Source of the DNA: Octopus vulgaris
Taxonomy: Eukaryota
Assembly: GCA_951406725.2 (NCBI GenBank)
Contig: OX597827.1
Location: 80,786,001-80,850,000 of the forward strand
DNA length: 64,000 bases
Direction of reading: 5' to 3'
A program made the position numbers and the translations under genes. The stretch's first letter is position 1. Each line of letters begins with the position of its first letter. Of the stretch, positions 26,296-39,869 are shown piece by piece. The notes under the pieces were generated by a model, which worked only from the letters and a program-made list of their open reading frames with translations, was not told the origin of the DNA and searched no databases.

Positions 26296-28374
26296 AAATG
26301 TGGGATGGTCAATGATTGGTGGAGATTTGCATGGGGGGTGGGGAAGAGTCCAGTGCTTGGAAGGAGGAACCAAAGATAACGAATGAAGACAGATGTTAAA
26401 AGATTTTCAGCTGACATGTAGGGGTTATCACGTGGTACATCTCTTGATAATTTAAAGCAAGGCTATGGGGAAGGGGAACCCCACAGTCACAGAAAATAAT
26501 TCACCTGAACAAGTCTCTAAAACATCTCTCTAAGATCCTAAACTTAAATATACAATAAAGTAATTTAATAGAAGTTATATATTTATAGGTTTTTAACATT
26601 AGAGATCTATTTTATTTCTTTCAGCACAGATGTGGTGCAGTTGATTGACAGGACTGTTAGAACATTAAGATTAGAACATGTGGTGATTGTTTGGGCTTTT
26701 TGTATTCTGTGTCCCGTTCCTATTCATGAATAAAGTACCAGTCAATTACTAGGATATTGTTCTCTTTCTTAAAAATCTACTGCCATGTGAAAGGGTTATG
26801 AATACCACTCTTGGAATTTATTCCAACAAATAACGGAAGGTTGAACTATCAAGTAACAGAATCTGTCAAATGTGGTGGTCCTGGATGGTCTAACATGCTG
26901 TACAACACAGAACAGTAAAAACCAAAAAATCAGATACATCTACATCGTTTCTTCTATAGTTCCTTATGAAACAATAAAAGTCCCCTAAACTCATTTAAGG
27001 GGTTCTGTTGAGTGAAACTCAAGCCAAAGCAAACACATAACATAATGATTAATTGGTTAATGTCGAGTGTACCTCAAGGGAAAGATGAGGGAGCCCTGTT
27101 AGTAAGGTTTCATGTGGTTAATAAGCGTATTTATATCTTAGACTGAAACAGAATTATATTGGTCTGTCATGAACTCTCACAGAACTGCTTCAAAGGTCTG
27201 CCATTTATCTTTGATCTCTTTTAACTTCAAAGGAATCGACAAATTTATCTTAGATTTATGATGCATGATGGGAAGTGTGGTCTTTTAGAACAATTGTAGT
27301 TTGTTATGATGGTTTAACATCACAACGACGCATTGCTGCAATACTGCTGCTATAAAATTACCTGTTGCGAGTGAGTTTGGTGGTGTGTCTGGTGGAACAG
27401 CCTTAGGGTTGCGTAGCATCAAATGTTAGAAACTAACCAATCACAATAGAGAAAGAGAAAGAGAGAGAGAGAGAGAGTGGGCAGGAGGGAGGGAGGGAGA
27501 GATAAAAAAACTACAACTGTTGAACTTTAGCAGTTTCAATATTCTCTTGAAATAAATTTGTAATTCTTATTTCACATCAAAATAATGTGAGCAGATTTCG
27601 TAGACTGTGAGTCAAGCTCAGAATTTACAGGATGCTCAGTTCATGAGTAGCTCTTCACTGGAGTTTGTGAGTGGATCTCTTTGTGAGGAGTGAAAACTTG
27701 GGGGTGATACAAATAATTGTGAACTGATACTACAGTTCAGCCATAGTCATGTTGACCAATGATCAAAGCTATTATACTTGTTACAAACCCATCTATTAAA
27801 AGGTAAATATAAGACTAATACTGAATGGATTCTTTCCTAATTCAAATCAGTTGATACAAATACTACATAGGCTTGTCTAAGGGGAAATTTAAACAAAGAT
27901 ACTACAGTTATATTTTTTCTTTTAGACACATCAAAAAGGGAAATATGACTAAACTATACAGCTACATTGGGTGACCGTCAGACATCAAGTTATTCTGGTC
28001 ACAGGTTTACTGTTCCATCTTTCTACCCTTTCTCTTGCTACGATAATGACCTCTGTTTCTTGGATTTAAGCGGGCTCCAACCATCCCTTCCCTTTCAACA
28101 AGCCCTGCACTAACCATGGCAGCCAATCCTTTCTTCTCTAAAAGGTTGTCCCAAAAGAATTTCTTCTCTGTTCACATCTTTCCCACAGTTCCCACAACAG
28201 TTGAATGGCAACAGCTTAAGGGAAACATTGAAAGCATCAATCTTACCAGTAGTGAAGGGCCTACAAAGGTCAGGGCACTCACTTTTCTTGCAAACCCAGC
28301 AAGCATATACATACATACAAGCACACACAAACATACATGCCTTATATACATATTATATATACACATATATATCT

Positions 28375-28732
28375 TTTCTCTTTGACCTCTTACTTGTTTC
28401 ACTCACTTGACTGCGGCCATGCTGGGGCACCACCTTGAAGGATTTTAGTTGAACAAATCAATCCCAGAGCCTATTATTTTAGTACTTATTCTATTGGTAT
28501 CTTTAGCTGAACTGCTAAGTTACAGGGATGTAAACACATCAATACTGGTTGCCAATTGGTGGGAGGGGGCGACAAAAACAGATGCAAAAACAACACACAG
28601 AGACATACATACACATATATATATACGATGGGCTTCTTTCAGTTTCCATCTTCCAAATTCACTCACAAAGTTTTTGGTCGGCCCAAGGCTACAATAGAAG
28701 ACACTTACCCAAGGTGCCATACAGTGGGACTG
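28375..28732 (-). mobile_element. SINE family A, 5'-truncated
   Basis: Family A tail and middle blocks. Confidence 0.85.
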
Positions 28733-28858
28733 AGTAATGAGAGGGGGAGTAGAGGAGAATATGGAGAGAGAGAGGGGAGAGTAGAGGGGAAAGAGAGAGG
28801 GGAGGGGAGAGAGGAGGAGAGTAGGTGAAAGAGAGAGAAAGAGGAGAGAGAGGGAGGG

Positions 28859-28891
<33 letters not shown>

Positions 28892-28992
28892 AGGGAGTAA
28901 AGAGAGGGGAGAGTAGAGGGGAAAGAGAGAGAGGGAGAGAGAGTGGGAGAGAGAGTGGGAGAGAGAGAGTGAGAGACAGATAGAGAGAGAGA

Positions 28993-29064
<72 letters not shown>

Positions 29065-29221
29065 TGATTAGAAACGTGAGGTGTTCCGGATTTTAGGTCA
29101 GTGTAGAAGAGAGATTCAAGATCTGATCCAGGAGAGATGATTGTGATGATATTGAAAACAAAGGGGTACAAAAATGCTAGCAGCAGGGGTTACTGAATGA
29201 AGAGAATGTATTGTAGAGGGT

Positions 29222-29535
29222 GAAGGTGCAAGGCTTAGTAGTTAGGGCATCCGGCTCACAATCGTAAGGTCGTGAGTTCAATTCCCGGCAACATGTTGTG
29301 TCCTTGAGCAAGACACTTTATTTCACGTTGCTCCAGTCTCCTCAGCTGGCAAAAATGAGTAGTATCTGTATTTCAACGGGCCAGCCTTGTCACACTGTGT
29401 CATGCTGAATCTTCCTGAGAACTACGTTAAGGCTTACATGTGTCTGTGGAGTGCTCAGCCACTTGCACATTAATTTCACTGTTCCGTTGATCGTATCAGC
29501 TGGGACTCTCGTAATCATAACTGACAGAGTGCTCC
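29222..29535 (+). mobile_element. tRNA-derived SINE family C (CORE-like block)
   Basis: A/B boxes (GGCTTAGTAGTTAG…GAGTTCAATTCCC) and GTTGTGTCCTTGAGCAAGACACTT. Matches the minus-strand copy at ~56137-56457. Confidence 0.85.
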
Positions 29536-30379
29536 TTTAAAATTGGAGAGAGAAGGCCAACTGCCAGAAGACCAGACCAAATAACTAGCCACTGGTATTG
29601 GCCGTGTTTTTAAGGATACAAAAGTTGGGACATCAGGAATGGTCACTGGGGAATTTAAAATATATGGTGGAGTAGGCTATGGGCTGGTCACCATCTGAGT
29701 CATTCAGGCAGTACAAGAAAAGCTTGAATAATAACATTAGGATTATCTGTTACAAGAGATTAACTAGAGACAGATTGGGATGAATATAATATCTAAAGGA
29801 ATGTTTATACTATTTAGAGGGCTGAATATATAATATCTAAAGGGTGTATATAGTATCTAGAAGGAGAGATATATCTCATCATCATCATCATCATCATCGT
29901 TTAACGTCTGCCTTCCATGCCGGCATGGGTGGGACGGTTTGATAGGAGCCAGCCAGGTAGAAGCCTGCACCAGACTTCTGTAACTGTTTTGGCAGGACTT
30001 TTACAGCTGGATGCCCTTCCTAACACCAACCACTCAGCAGAGTGGACTTGGTGTTTTTTACGTGGCACAAGCACAGGTGAGGTCAGTTTTGACAAGGTTT
30101 TTACAGCTGGATGCCCTTATCAACACCAACCACTTTTCAGTGTGGACCAGGATGCTGACAACATTTGATGGTCAGTCTTAACATCCCAGCAGGCTGAATA
30201 ATGCTTTGCCTGTGGCCCCAAAATTTCAGCTTGCAAACTGGACAAATGCTTCGCTGAGATAGCAAGGGTGTCAGATAGAGTGGACACTGTAGCCATAGCC
30301 ATCCTTCAATGGTGAGGTGTGGAGTTCATGGTTGGAGTTGTCTAATATATAGATTAGATGCATGCACACACGTACATGT

Positions 30380-30423
<44 letters not shown>

Positions 30424-30609
30424 TGTTGATTAACATCCGCTTTCCATGCTGGCATGGGTTGGATGGTTTGACTGAGGACTGGTGAGCCAGAAGGCGACAC
30501 TAGGCTCATATGCATGTATTTATGTATGTATGTATGTATGTATGTATTATCTATCTATCTATATCTCTCTCTATATATATGTAAGTATGCATGTATGTAC
30601 GAATGTATG

Positions 30610-30686
<77 letters not shown>

Positions 30687-31426
30687 CTCTCTGTATGTAT
30701 GTATGTATGCATGTATACATTGTATGGATGTGTAAGTAGTCATAAAGTTGCAGATAAGTAGACTTTCATAACATGCTGTCAGCAAAATTGAAATGTTTTC
30801 ACATGTCCATGTAGCAGTGGATAATGATTATGCAGGCATACATGCATGTGTGTGTATACATATATATATATATATATATACGTCTATGTATATATATATA
30901 TATTTATATATATGTCTATGTATAGATGCATTTATGTATATATATATATTTATATATTTGTACATATGTATATGAGGTAGTATTAAAGAGTGGTATTGAT
31001 CAGTTGATTGGTTTTATTGATTATTGAATTGTACTGAGAGGCCTCTTCAACTCTAACTTTTCACTCTGCTCTTAAGTCTGCACTGTCAGCTTTTGTTTGC
31101 AGTGTTAATACGGCTTTGTGTTCTTACAGTTCATTTCACATCTCACACGCACACACAGGCACCAACACCCCCCCATCACACACACACACACAGATACACA
31201 CACACATATATATACACATACACACACACAGTTACCACTCTAGTACATACACAATAATGTACTACAAGACTCATATTTGTATACATACATTCACTAATAC
31301 ATACATACATACATACATACATAATACATACATACATATATATATACTTATAATTTATACATATATGCATATGTACATACACTTACAAAATATTATGCAC
31401 ACATATATACACCATGTATATATATA

Positions 31427-31580
<154 letters not shown>

Positions 31581-31780
31581 TACCATATATCTACATACAC
31601 TCCACACCCATTCACCATGTGTACTGCCACACCCATCTTGACCTCACTGCCAACACCAACAGATATATTCACGTGTTATGCAATGATATTACAGCATTAT
31701 GGCCACAACGCAGCATAACATTGTAAGATATTTCTTATCTACAATGATGATGATGGGGGTAGAGGAAGGGGTGGTGATGG

Positions 31781-31811
<31 letters not shown>

Positions 31812-32084
31812 TGATGATGGTTTATAGTCATCACCGTTTCCCATAGTAACCCTCCCACTTTCTCACACTGCTACTACAACAAAAACATCACGACGATGAC
31901 CACCACCACTGACTGCATTAGTTAACAGAGAAGACATGTTATGACAAATCTGCTGGTGATTGTTGTTGTTGTTGTCATTGTTGTTGTTGGACCCCAGACA
32001 TGCCCTGATCAAGATGGCATTTTAAGGGAGATTTAGCTGCTATCTCTGGAAAGTTGAGTTACTATGCAGAAGAACCTCCCACGT

Positions 32085-32350
32085 TGATGGTGGTGGTTGT
32101 GGTGATGGTGGAGGTAGTGGTGGTAGTGGTGGTGATGGTAGTGGTGGTGATGGTGGTGGTGGTGGAGGTAGTGGTGGTGATGGTAGTGGTGGTGATGGTA
32201 GTGGTGGTGATGGTGGTGATGGTGGAGGTAGTGGTGGTGATGGTGGTGGTGGTGGTGGAGGTAGTGGTGGTGGAGGTAGTGGTGGTGATGGTAGTGGTGG
32301 TGATGGTGGTGGTAGTGATAATGATTGTAGTGGTGGTGGTGGTGATAGTG
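32085..32350. repeat. Compound triplet repeat (GGT/GAT/AGT)
   Basis: GGTGATGGTAGTGGT-type units; these produce spurious poly-Val/Thr/Pro ORFs. Confidence 0.9.
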
Positions 32351-33015
32351 TTAGTGTTAGCCAGTGGTGGTATTGTTGATGGTGTTGGGGTTTGTGTGGT
32401 GGAGGTGCAGGCATTGACCTTGCATCGGAGACCCGTCCCTCCCTCTGCCCCCCTGGCTCCCCAACCGCGACCTCTCCCCCCATCCACCCCCAACTCCCTA
32501 ATCATGGTGTTACACTTGACTGAGTTTATGGTTTCGCAAGACAAACTGCCAGCATCTGGAGTGTTTATTGTTGTTCAATGGTGGCGATGGTGATGGTGTG
32601 AGAGGAGGGGGGTCTGGCAGGCAAGTACACCATCATAGGTATGTATATACATATGCATATACATACATATACATATATGTATGTATACATATACACATGC
32701 ATACACGCACACACACACACGTATGTATGTATGTATGCATTTATATATATATATATACACATATATAAATGCATATATATATATACACATATATAAATAA
32801 ATATATATATGTGTATATGTTTATCTATCTATCAATCAATCTATCTATCTATATATATATATATATGTATGCATGCATGTATGTATAAATACATATATAT
32901 GTATGTATGCATGTATGTATAAATATATATGTATATACATACATACACATAATATAGATGTATTTATATAAATATATATATATATATATACAAGCACACA
33001 CATATACTTATGTAT

Positions 33016-33053
<38 letters not shown>

Positions 33054-33469
33054 GTTTTATACATACATGAGTACGTGTGATTGTGAGTGTGTGTGAGAGA
33101 GAGAGAGAGAGTGTATATAGGAAATGCCTTCCAGAGATCACAGTCATACTTGTGTGAAGTAGAAAACTTCAAGTCATGTCCTGGTGAATCATTAACTGTT
33201 TAATTATAAACTACTTCACAGAATTAATAACTAGTGAATGGTCTTTTCTTTCATTTGAACACGGAAACAGGTGTGTGTGTATCTATGTGTGTATGTATGC
33301 TTGAATACATATGTAAATATGTATGTGTATATATATAAAACATATATACGTATATACACATACATGAAATATACATGTACTATAACACACACACACACAC
33401 ATACCTACATGTGTGTATATATCTATATATATATATACACACACACACACATATATATACATACATATA

Positions 33470-33510
<41 letters not shown>

Positions 33511-34168
33511 CATATATATTAGTATATACGTATATGTGTGTATGTACACACACACACACACACGCACACACACACACACAAACGCACACACATAATGAGC
33601 ACAAGGTGGCTGCACTATGCTCTATGTTGAGTTAATATCAGTAAGAAAAGTAAGAAAGTGATGTGGTGTGAACCTTGAATTATTTATTTGTTGCATTCAC
33701 CTTTGGTAAATCATGGTCAATCATTAATCAAGAGGACTGATTCACTCCAGTGGAAAACATGAACGATTATGCAGTGGGGGCCATGTTTGGACTTCAGTGT
33801 GTAGGTTCTTAGGTTCATTATGCCTGCTGCCCTGGACCAGATGTCCTTGTGATCATCATCATCATCATCATGATCGTCATTGTTTTACCATCCAAGGTTC
33901 CATGTTGGCATGGGTCACATGGTATTCATTGAGGCAGATTTTCTTTGGGAAGATGCTCTTCCTGTTGCTAACCCTCACCTTTTCCCAAGTAAGCTAATAT
34001 TTTCCTGTGGCCTGACATGTTTTCCTGGAAGACTGGAAACTAATAAGCATGTATTGTATGACAACAGCGCACACTTACTGCTATCATGCTAAGTCAAGAC
34101 AAGGAGTGACAAACACACACACACACGTATACATAGATACACACATAGGTATATATACATACATTAGT

Positions 34169-34450
34169 GGAGGCACATGGCCTAGTGGTTAGAGCAGTGG
34201 ACTCACGGTCGAGGGATCATGGGTTCAAATCTCAGACTGGGTGATGTGTGTGATTATGAGCGAAAACACCTAAGCCCCACACAGCTCTGGCAGAAGGTAA
34301 TGGCAAACTTCTGCTCACTCTTTCCTCCTGCATCTTGCAGCTCATCTGCGATGGACCAGCGTCCCGTCCAGGTTGGGAATCTATATGCCAATGAAATTAG
34401 GGAACCGGCCCTTATGAGCCAGGCATGGCTTGAGAAGGAACAAACAACAA
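34169..34450 (+). mobile_element. tRNA-derived SINE family D (V/Meta-like block)
   Basis: TGGCCTAGTGGTTAGAGC…GGGTTCAAATC head; CTGCGATGGACCAGCGTCCCGTCCAGG block; (AAC)n tail. Single copy in this window. Confidence 0.7.
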
Positions 34451-34987
34451 ATATATACATACATACATACATATATGTATACATAGATACATATATATAC
34501 ATACACACATACCTATATACACATACATACATATATCTACAAGATATGCGTGTGCACGTGTACAGGGCTTCATGCAGTTTCTGTCGACCTTGCTTAAGGC
34601 TTTGGTTGCCCAAGGTGCCACGGTGTGCGATTGAACCCAAATTCATGTGATTGCTATTCAAGCCTCATAGCCATATAATCATGCCATGAAATGAATGGTG
34701 CAGCAGAAAAAGGGTTCACATTTTCCATGGCCTTTGGTCTGGCACTGGTGAAGTTAAGAAGGGGACAATGGGGTCTTCATGTGGGGTCTAATGTTTTACT
34801 GAATCCCTTTTTGGGAATATCTCAAAGCACACACGTAAAGCTATCAATGATGTCCTGAAAGTGTAAGTTTCGAATTCTGACACAAGGCCAGCAATTTTGT
34901 AGAAGGGGCCAGTTGATTATATCGACCCCAAGACTCGACTGAGTATTTTGTCCAGGAAAGATTCTGTCAGCTTTGCTACCTGGCAGC

Positions 34988-35365
34988 ATTCTTTTCCTTT
35001 CGTTTGTTTCAGTCATTTGACTGCGGCCATGCTGGAGCATGACCTTTAGTTGAACAAATCGACCCCAGGATTTATTCTTTGTAAGCCTTGTACTTATTCT
35101 ATCAGTCTCTTTTGCCAAACCTCTAACTTATGGGGACATAAACACACTGACATTGGTTGTCAAGTGATGGTGAGGGGACACACACACACACACACACATA
35201 TAGATACGACGGGCTTCTTTCAGTTTCCGTCTACCAAATCCACTCACAAGGCTTTGGTTGGCCCGAGGCTATAGTAGAAGACACTTGCCCAAAGTGCCAT
35301 GCAGTTGGACTGAACCTGGAACCATGTGGTTGGTAAGCAAGCTACTTACCACACAGCCACTCCTG
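34988..35365 (-). mobile_element. Full-length SINE family A
   Basis: Collinear with 21598-22003. Confidence 0.92.
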
Positions 35366-35484
35366 TAAATATTGGGTTGAATAGCTGAAGGGACACGGGT
35401 TCAAGTCACACACGGAGCCTTTCACTTTTTCTAGTGGTTTTTAAACCCAATATTTATTAGTTTTTATTCTAGCTTTTTATGTAA

Positions 35485-36236
35485 AGTGGTCAGTTGGCAG
35501 AGGTGTTAGTGTGTTGGCCAAAATACTGAAGGGCATTTCTTCTTTACATTCTCCACTGGCACAAGTACCAATCAGGTGGTACTGTCATCAGCCAAATCAA
35601 ATCAAAATCACTGATGTGGCCGATGACAGTCCTGCCTGACTGGCACTTGTGCCAGTGGAATGTTAAAAGCACATCCGAGCATGATCATTACCAGGGCCAT
35701 AGATTGGCTCTCATGCCGGTGGCAGGTAAAAAGCACCATTTCAAGCGTGATCATTTCCAGCATCGCCTTACTGGCACATGTGCCGGTGGCACGGGAAAAA
35801 CAACATTCAAAAATGGTCATTGCCAGTGCTGCCAGACTGGCTCCCATGCAGGTGGCACATAAAAAAACTTTTTGACCGTGGTTGTTGCCAGAACCGCCTG
35901 ACTGGCCCTCATGCCGATGGCACATAAAAGCACCCACTACACTCTTGGAGTGGTTGGTGTTAGGAAGGGCATCCAGCTGTTGAAACTTTGCCAAATCAGA
36001 TTGAGCCTGTTGTAGCCTTCTGGCTCACCAGCCCTCAGTCAAACCATCCAACCCATGCCAGCATGGAAAACGGACATTAAAAGATGGTGATGATGATTTT
36101 GAGTTCAAATTAGGCTGAGGCTGACTTTACCTTTTGGACTTGATGGAAAAAGTACCAGTTGAACGGTGGGATTGATATAATCAATTTAGCTCCACCTCCT
36201 CAAAAACTGTTGCCATTTTGCCAAAATTTGAAACCA
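35485..36236 (+). mobile_element. SINE family B interrupted by a (GAT)n-tailed RTE-type repeat (~35552-36097) containing ~65-bp internal tandem units
   Basis: The family B head ends …TTTACATTCT at ~35551 and resumes GAGTTCAAAT at ~36101. Confidence 0.75.
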
Positions 36237-36835
36237 TTTTTTATAGTTTTATGTGCGTGCTTTGAGGTGTTCAAAAGAAGAAATGGTTCATGTTCTTATG
36301 ACGTCAATAATGGTTTATCCTACTTTTCGGTTCCCCTCATGTTTTGGCCTGGTGCACAACATATATTTGTGGTTTAAATGTCTGTCATTTTGCAAAATGT
36401 GGGAGGTGTAATTTTGACCACACCCTTTAAAACCAGAAAACTGACATTCTTCAAAATCTGGCTCTCATCATTGAATTTCCATTCCATACATTTTAATTTA
36501 TCTAAACAAATAATATGGTGAGTCTCTCTGATTCTCCAGCATCTAATATATACATATATATATATACACACACATATACATACATATACATATACATATA
36601 TATTCATATATATATATACACATACATACATATACATATATATTCATATATATATAAATACACATACATACATACACATATATATTCATATATATATATA
36701 TATATATATATCGAGAGAGAGAGAGAGAAATTAATAAATAGATATACATATTGCAGATATAATATTGAGACTGTAGATAAAATATAGATGTATTTATTTA
36801 ACAGTTTTATATTTTATTTTGTTTTCTGATACTAG

Positions 36836-36882
<47 letters not shown>

Positions 36883-37552
36883 AGTTGTTGATTTTAAATG
36901 ACAATATTCTGATATCATATACGTAGCAATAGTAAATAGAGAGGGGTTGAAAGACTTGTTTAAGCTTTCTATCCAATGAAATATTGACTCTGGAGTTATT
37001 TCTTTATTGATTTCTGCAACTCCAATGACCTTCTAAGATCACAATGGTTTCAGATCAGATCTCCATTAGCTGCTACAGTAAATGGTGGGGAGCCTCAGGG
37101 CAACGCTTCCTCCCTTCATCTTCTTCTGTTCTACTCTGGAAACTTTACTGAATAACATCAAACGTAACGGCAACAACGATGCTGCTGATGCTGATGCTGA
37201 TGGTGGTGGTGGTGGTGGTGGTGGTGGTGTAGCATCGACTAACTGAAGCCGCTGCTACCCACAAAGGTTAAGTGGGTGTGCTTAAGTCTGTGTAGCAGCA
37301 CCGTAACCACCAATGGTAGTGGTGTGGCTAGACAGACACCATGCTGTTACTTACCATCAATGCCAAGTGTGAGCTAAAGACACCATACCTTCATCATACC
37401 ATCAGTGTTAGTCTTGTAGTTGTCCACCATACCATGACCATACATTTCCCCATACACTTCACCATGCCATACCATCAGTTTCAGCTGCGTGGTTAGTCAC
37501 AATACCATCGCAATACCAGTAATACGAGACGTATGGTTGGGGTACAACACCA

Positions 37553-37788
37553 TACCTATTTCTTTACTACACACAAGGGGCTAAACACAGAGAGGACAAA
37601 CAAGGACAGACAAATGGATGAAGTCGATTATATCGACCCCAGTGCATAACTGGTACTTATGTAATCGACCCCGAAAGGATGAAAGGCAAAGTCGACCTCG
37701 GCGGAATTTGAACTCAGAACGTAGCGGCAGACGAAATACCACTAAGCATTTCGCCTGGCATGCTAACAACTCTGCCAGCTCACCGCCT
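37553..37788 (-). mobile_element. SINE family B, full-length
   Basis: Near-identical to 63248-63478. Confidence 0.92.
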
Positions 37789-38959
37789 TCATCACCATAC
37801 CTTCATTATACCACCAATGTTAGTTGCTTAGTAGTCTGCCGTACCATGGCCATACCATCCTCATGTATAGTCTCATCTCAGTTGGTTTATATCTCTATGA
37901 TGTGTCTCCCCCTACACCTCATTTAATGACTGATCTTACACTTACACTATGACTTGTCTTTTATAATATCATAAAGTTTATGATTTGTCTCATGTATCAG
38001 CTGCTTTATGACTAAGCTTTCATTTCAGTTGGTTTCTCATCTATTTGTGTTTGTATTGTTCACATTCAAAGTGTGGTATACCATTTAGGAGTGCCTGATA
38101 TCTGGTTTATGAGGCAATAATAAACGGTTTATGGAGGTGTGTGAAATAAGTTTATGCGTGTGTGATAAATGGATTACAAGGATGTGTGATAACGGGTTAT
38201 GAATATGGGATTTCCAGTTTATAAGCGTGTGATATGAAATGCTTATATGTGCAATAATGAAATTCTGAGTGTGTGTGTGATGTCCAGTTTATGAGGGCTG
38301 GTCTGAATTCAGATTTTACCTTTCATCCTTCTGTGGTCAAATAGAGTCCCAGCCATGAATGCAGGACAATGTAGAGGAGGACCCTACTCCCGTCTCGACT
38401 TTGTATCTTTCTTACAATTACCCTCCTCCTCCTCTGCCACTGCCGCCGCCGCCACCACCACCGTTATCATTGTAGTCATCATCATCATCATCATCATTGG
38501 AGACACTGAGCCGGTTTCAAGGCATGTGCTGAGTTCAAATCCACCGAGGGTCAACTTTGCCTCTGATTCCTCCATGGTCAATAAAATAAAGTTCTAATCA
38601 AGTACAGGTGTGTGCGTGTGTGTGTACAGGTGTGTGTGAGGGTTTCTTGATGATATCAACCAAGCCCCTGCCCTCAAAACTGTTAGCCATGGTATTACGT
38701 TTGCTTTGATTCTGGCAGAGTCGAGGGTGAGTTAATGTGGAGAAGTTTTAGTGCGTTAGTGTGGTGATGGAATTGTCCTGTTAATGTGGCAGTGTGTAGA
38801 TGTGTTGGTGAAGCTATGCATTCCTACATACACACACCTAATGACACACACACACACACACACGTGCTTAAACACATCCATATATATATATATATCCGTC
38901 CAACCCATGCTAGCACGGAAAACGGACGTTAAACGATGATGACGATGATGATGATAATG

Positions 38960-38993
<34 letters not shown>

Positions 38994-39243
38994 TTACAAT
39001 AGACATACATACTTACATACACAAATCTAAGCAAAAGAAATATTACATCTGTGAGTTCTATATTACATCTACAACCGTATGTACATGCAGACATATACAG
39101 ACATGTATATACACACATATACTCAAACATGTAGACATACACACACACACGATAAAATGTCATGACCTCTCTGTCAAAAACATACACAAGACCTTTACTG
39201 GGGGCTGTCTAAAAACAACACAAACAGACATACACAGAATCAA

Positions 39244-39275
<32 letters not shown>

Positions 39276-39869
39276 GTACATATATACACATACACACTCC
39301 ATATCATATATTTTTGCACTATATACATAACTAAATGCAATTTTATGTTCAAAGAGAATAGTAAGCATACCGCCGCTGCCACCACCACCACCACTACCAC
39401 CACCCATACTACAATACAAAGAGAACAAACCAAAGATGAGATAACTGAAATTGTTAAAACTCCAACCCGGGTCCCTTCCACAATAAGTACCTTAGCAAAT
39501 CTGTCATAAACAGGTCCTAACAGAAATATATTGTGGTTCAATGTCTTATATTGGCCAAACAGAAAACACTTTGCAAAACAGACTGTACCAATGCATAAAT
39601 CTTTCAAACACAACAGAGAAAATATTACATCACTCTCAAAGAATATCTGGAAAAAAAAATGGTGATGTCACTGATGTCACATGATTTATAGTTAAACGGA
39701 ATAATGGTTCCAAATGATGTAATATTTGTTCAACTGAAAAATAACAGGATAAACCAGCTCAAAAGTGATAATTATCTACAAGACAAGACGTTATTTCCTC
39801 TTAGGAGGCACAAGGCATTCTGGATGGGCAAACAGTGTGTCAGTGTAAATGAAAATGTAGTTGAGGAAA

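Noticed and set aside
27350-27450. CCAAT box plus a minus-strand CAG|GTAATT donor suggesting an antisense first exon
   Set aside because: Such short motifs are expected by chance, and there is no corroborating evidence.
32040-32593. Pro-rich, Thr-rich and Val-rich ORFs resembling extensin, formin or mucin
   Set aside because: They are all frames of one GGT-based triplet repeat, with no splice or domain context.
36240-36540. Faint resemblance to a mariner transposase C-terminus on the minus strand
   Set aside because: Too diverged, and no TIRs were found.
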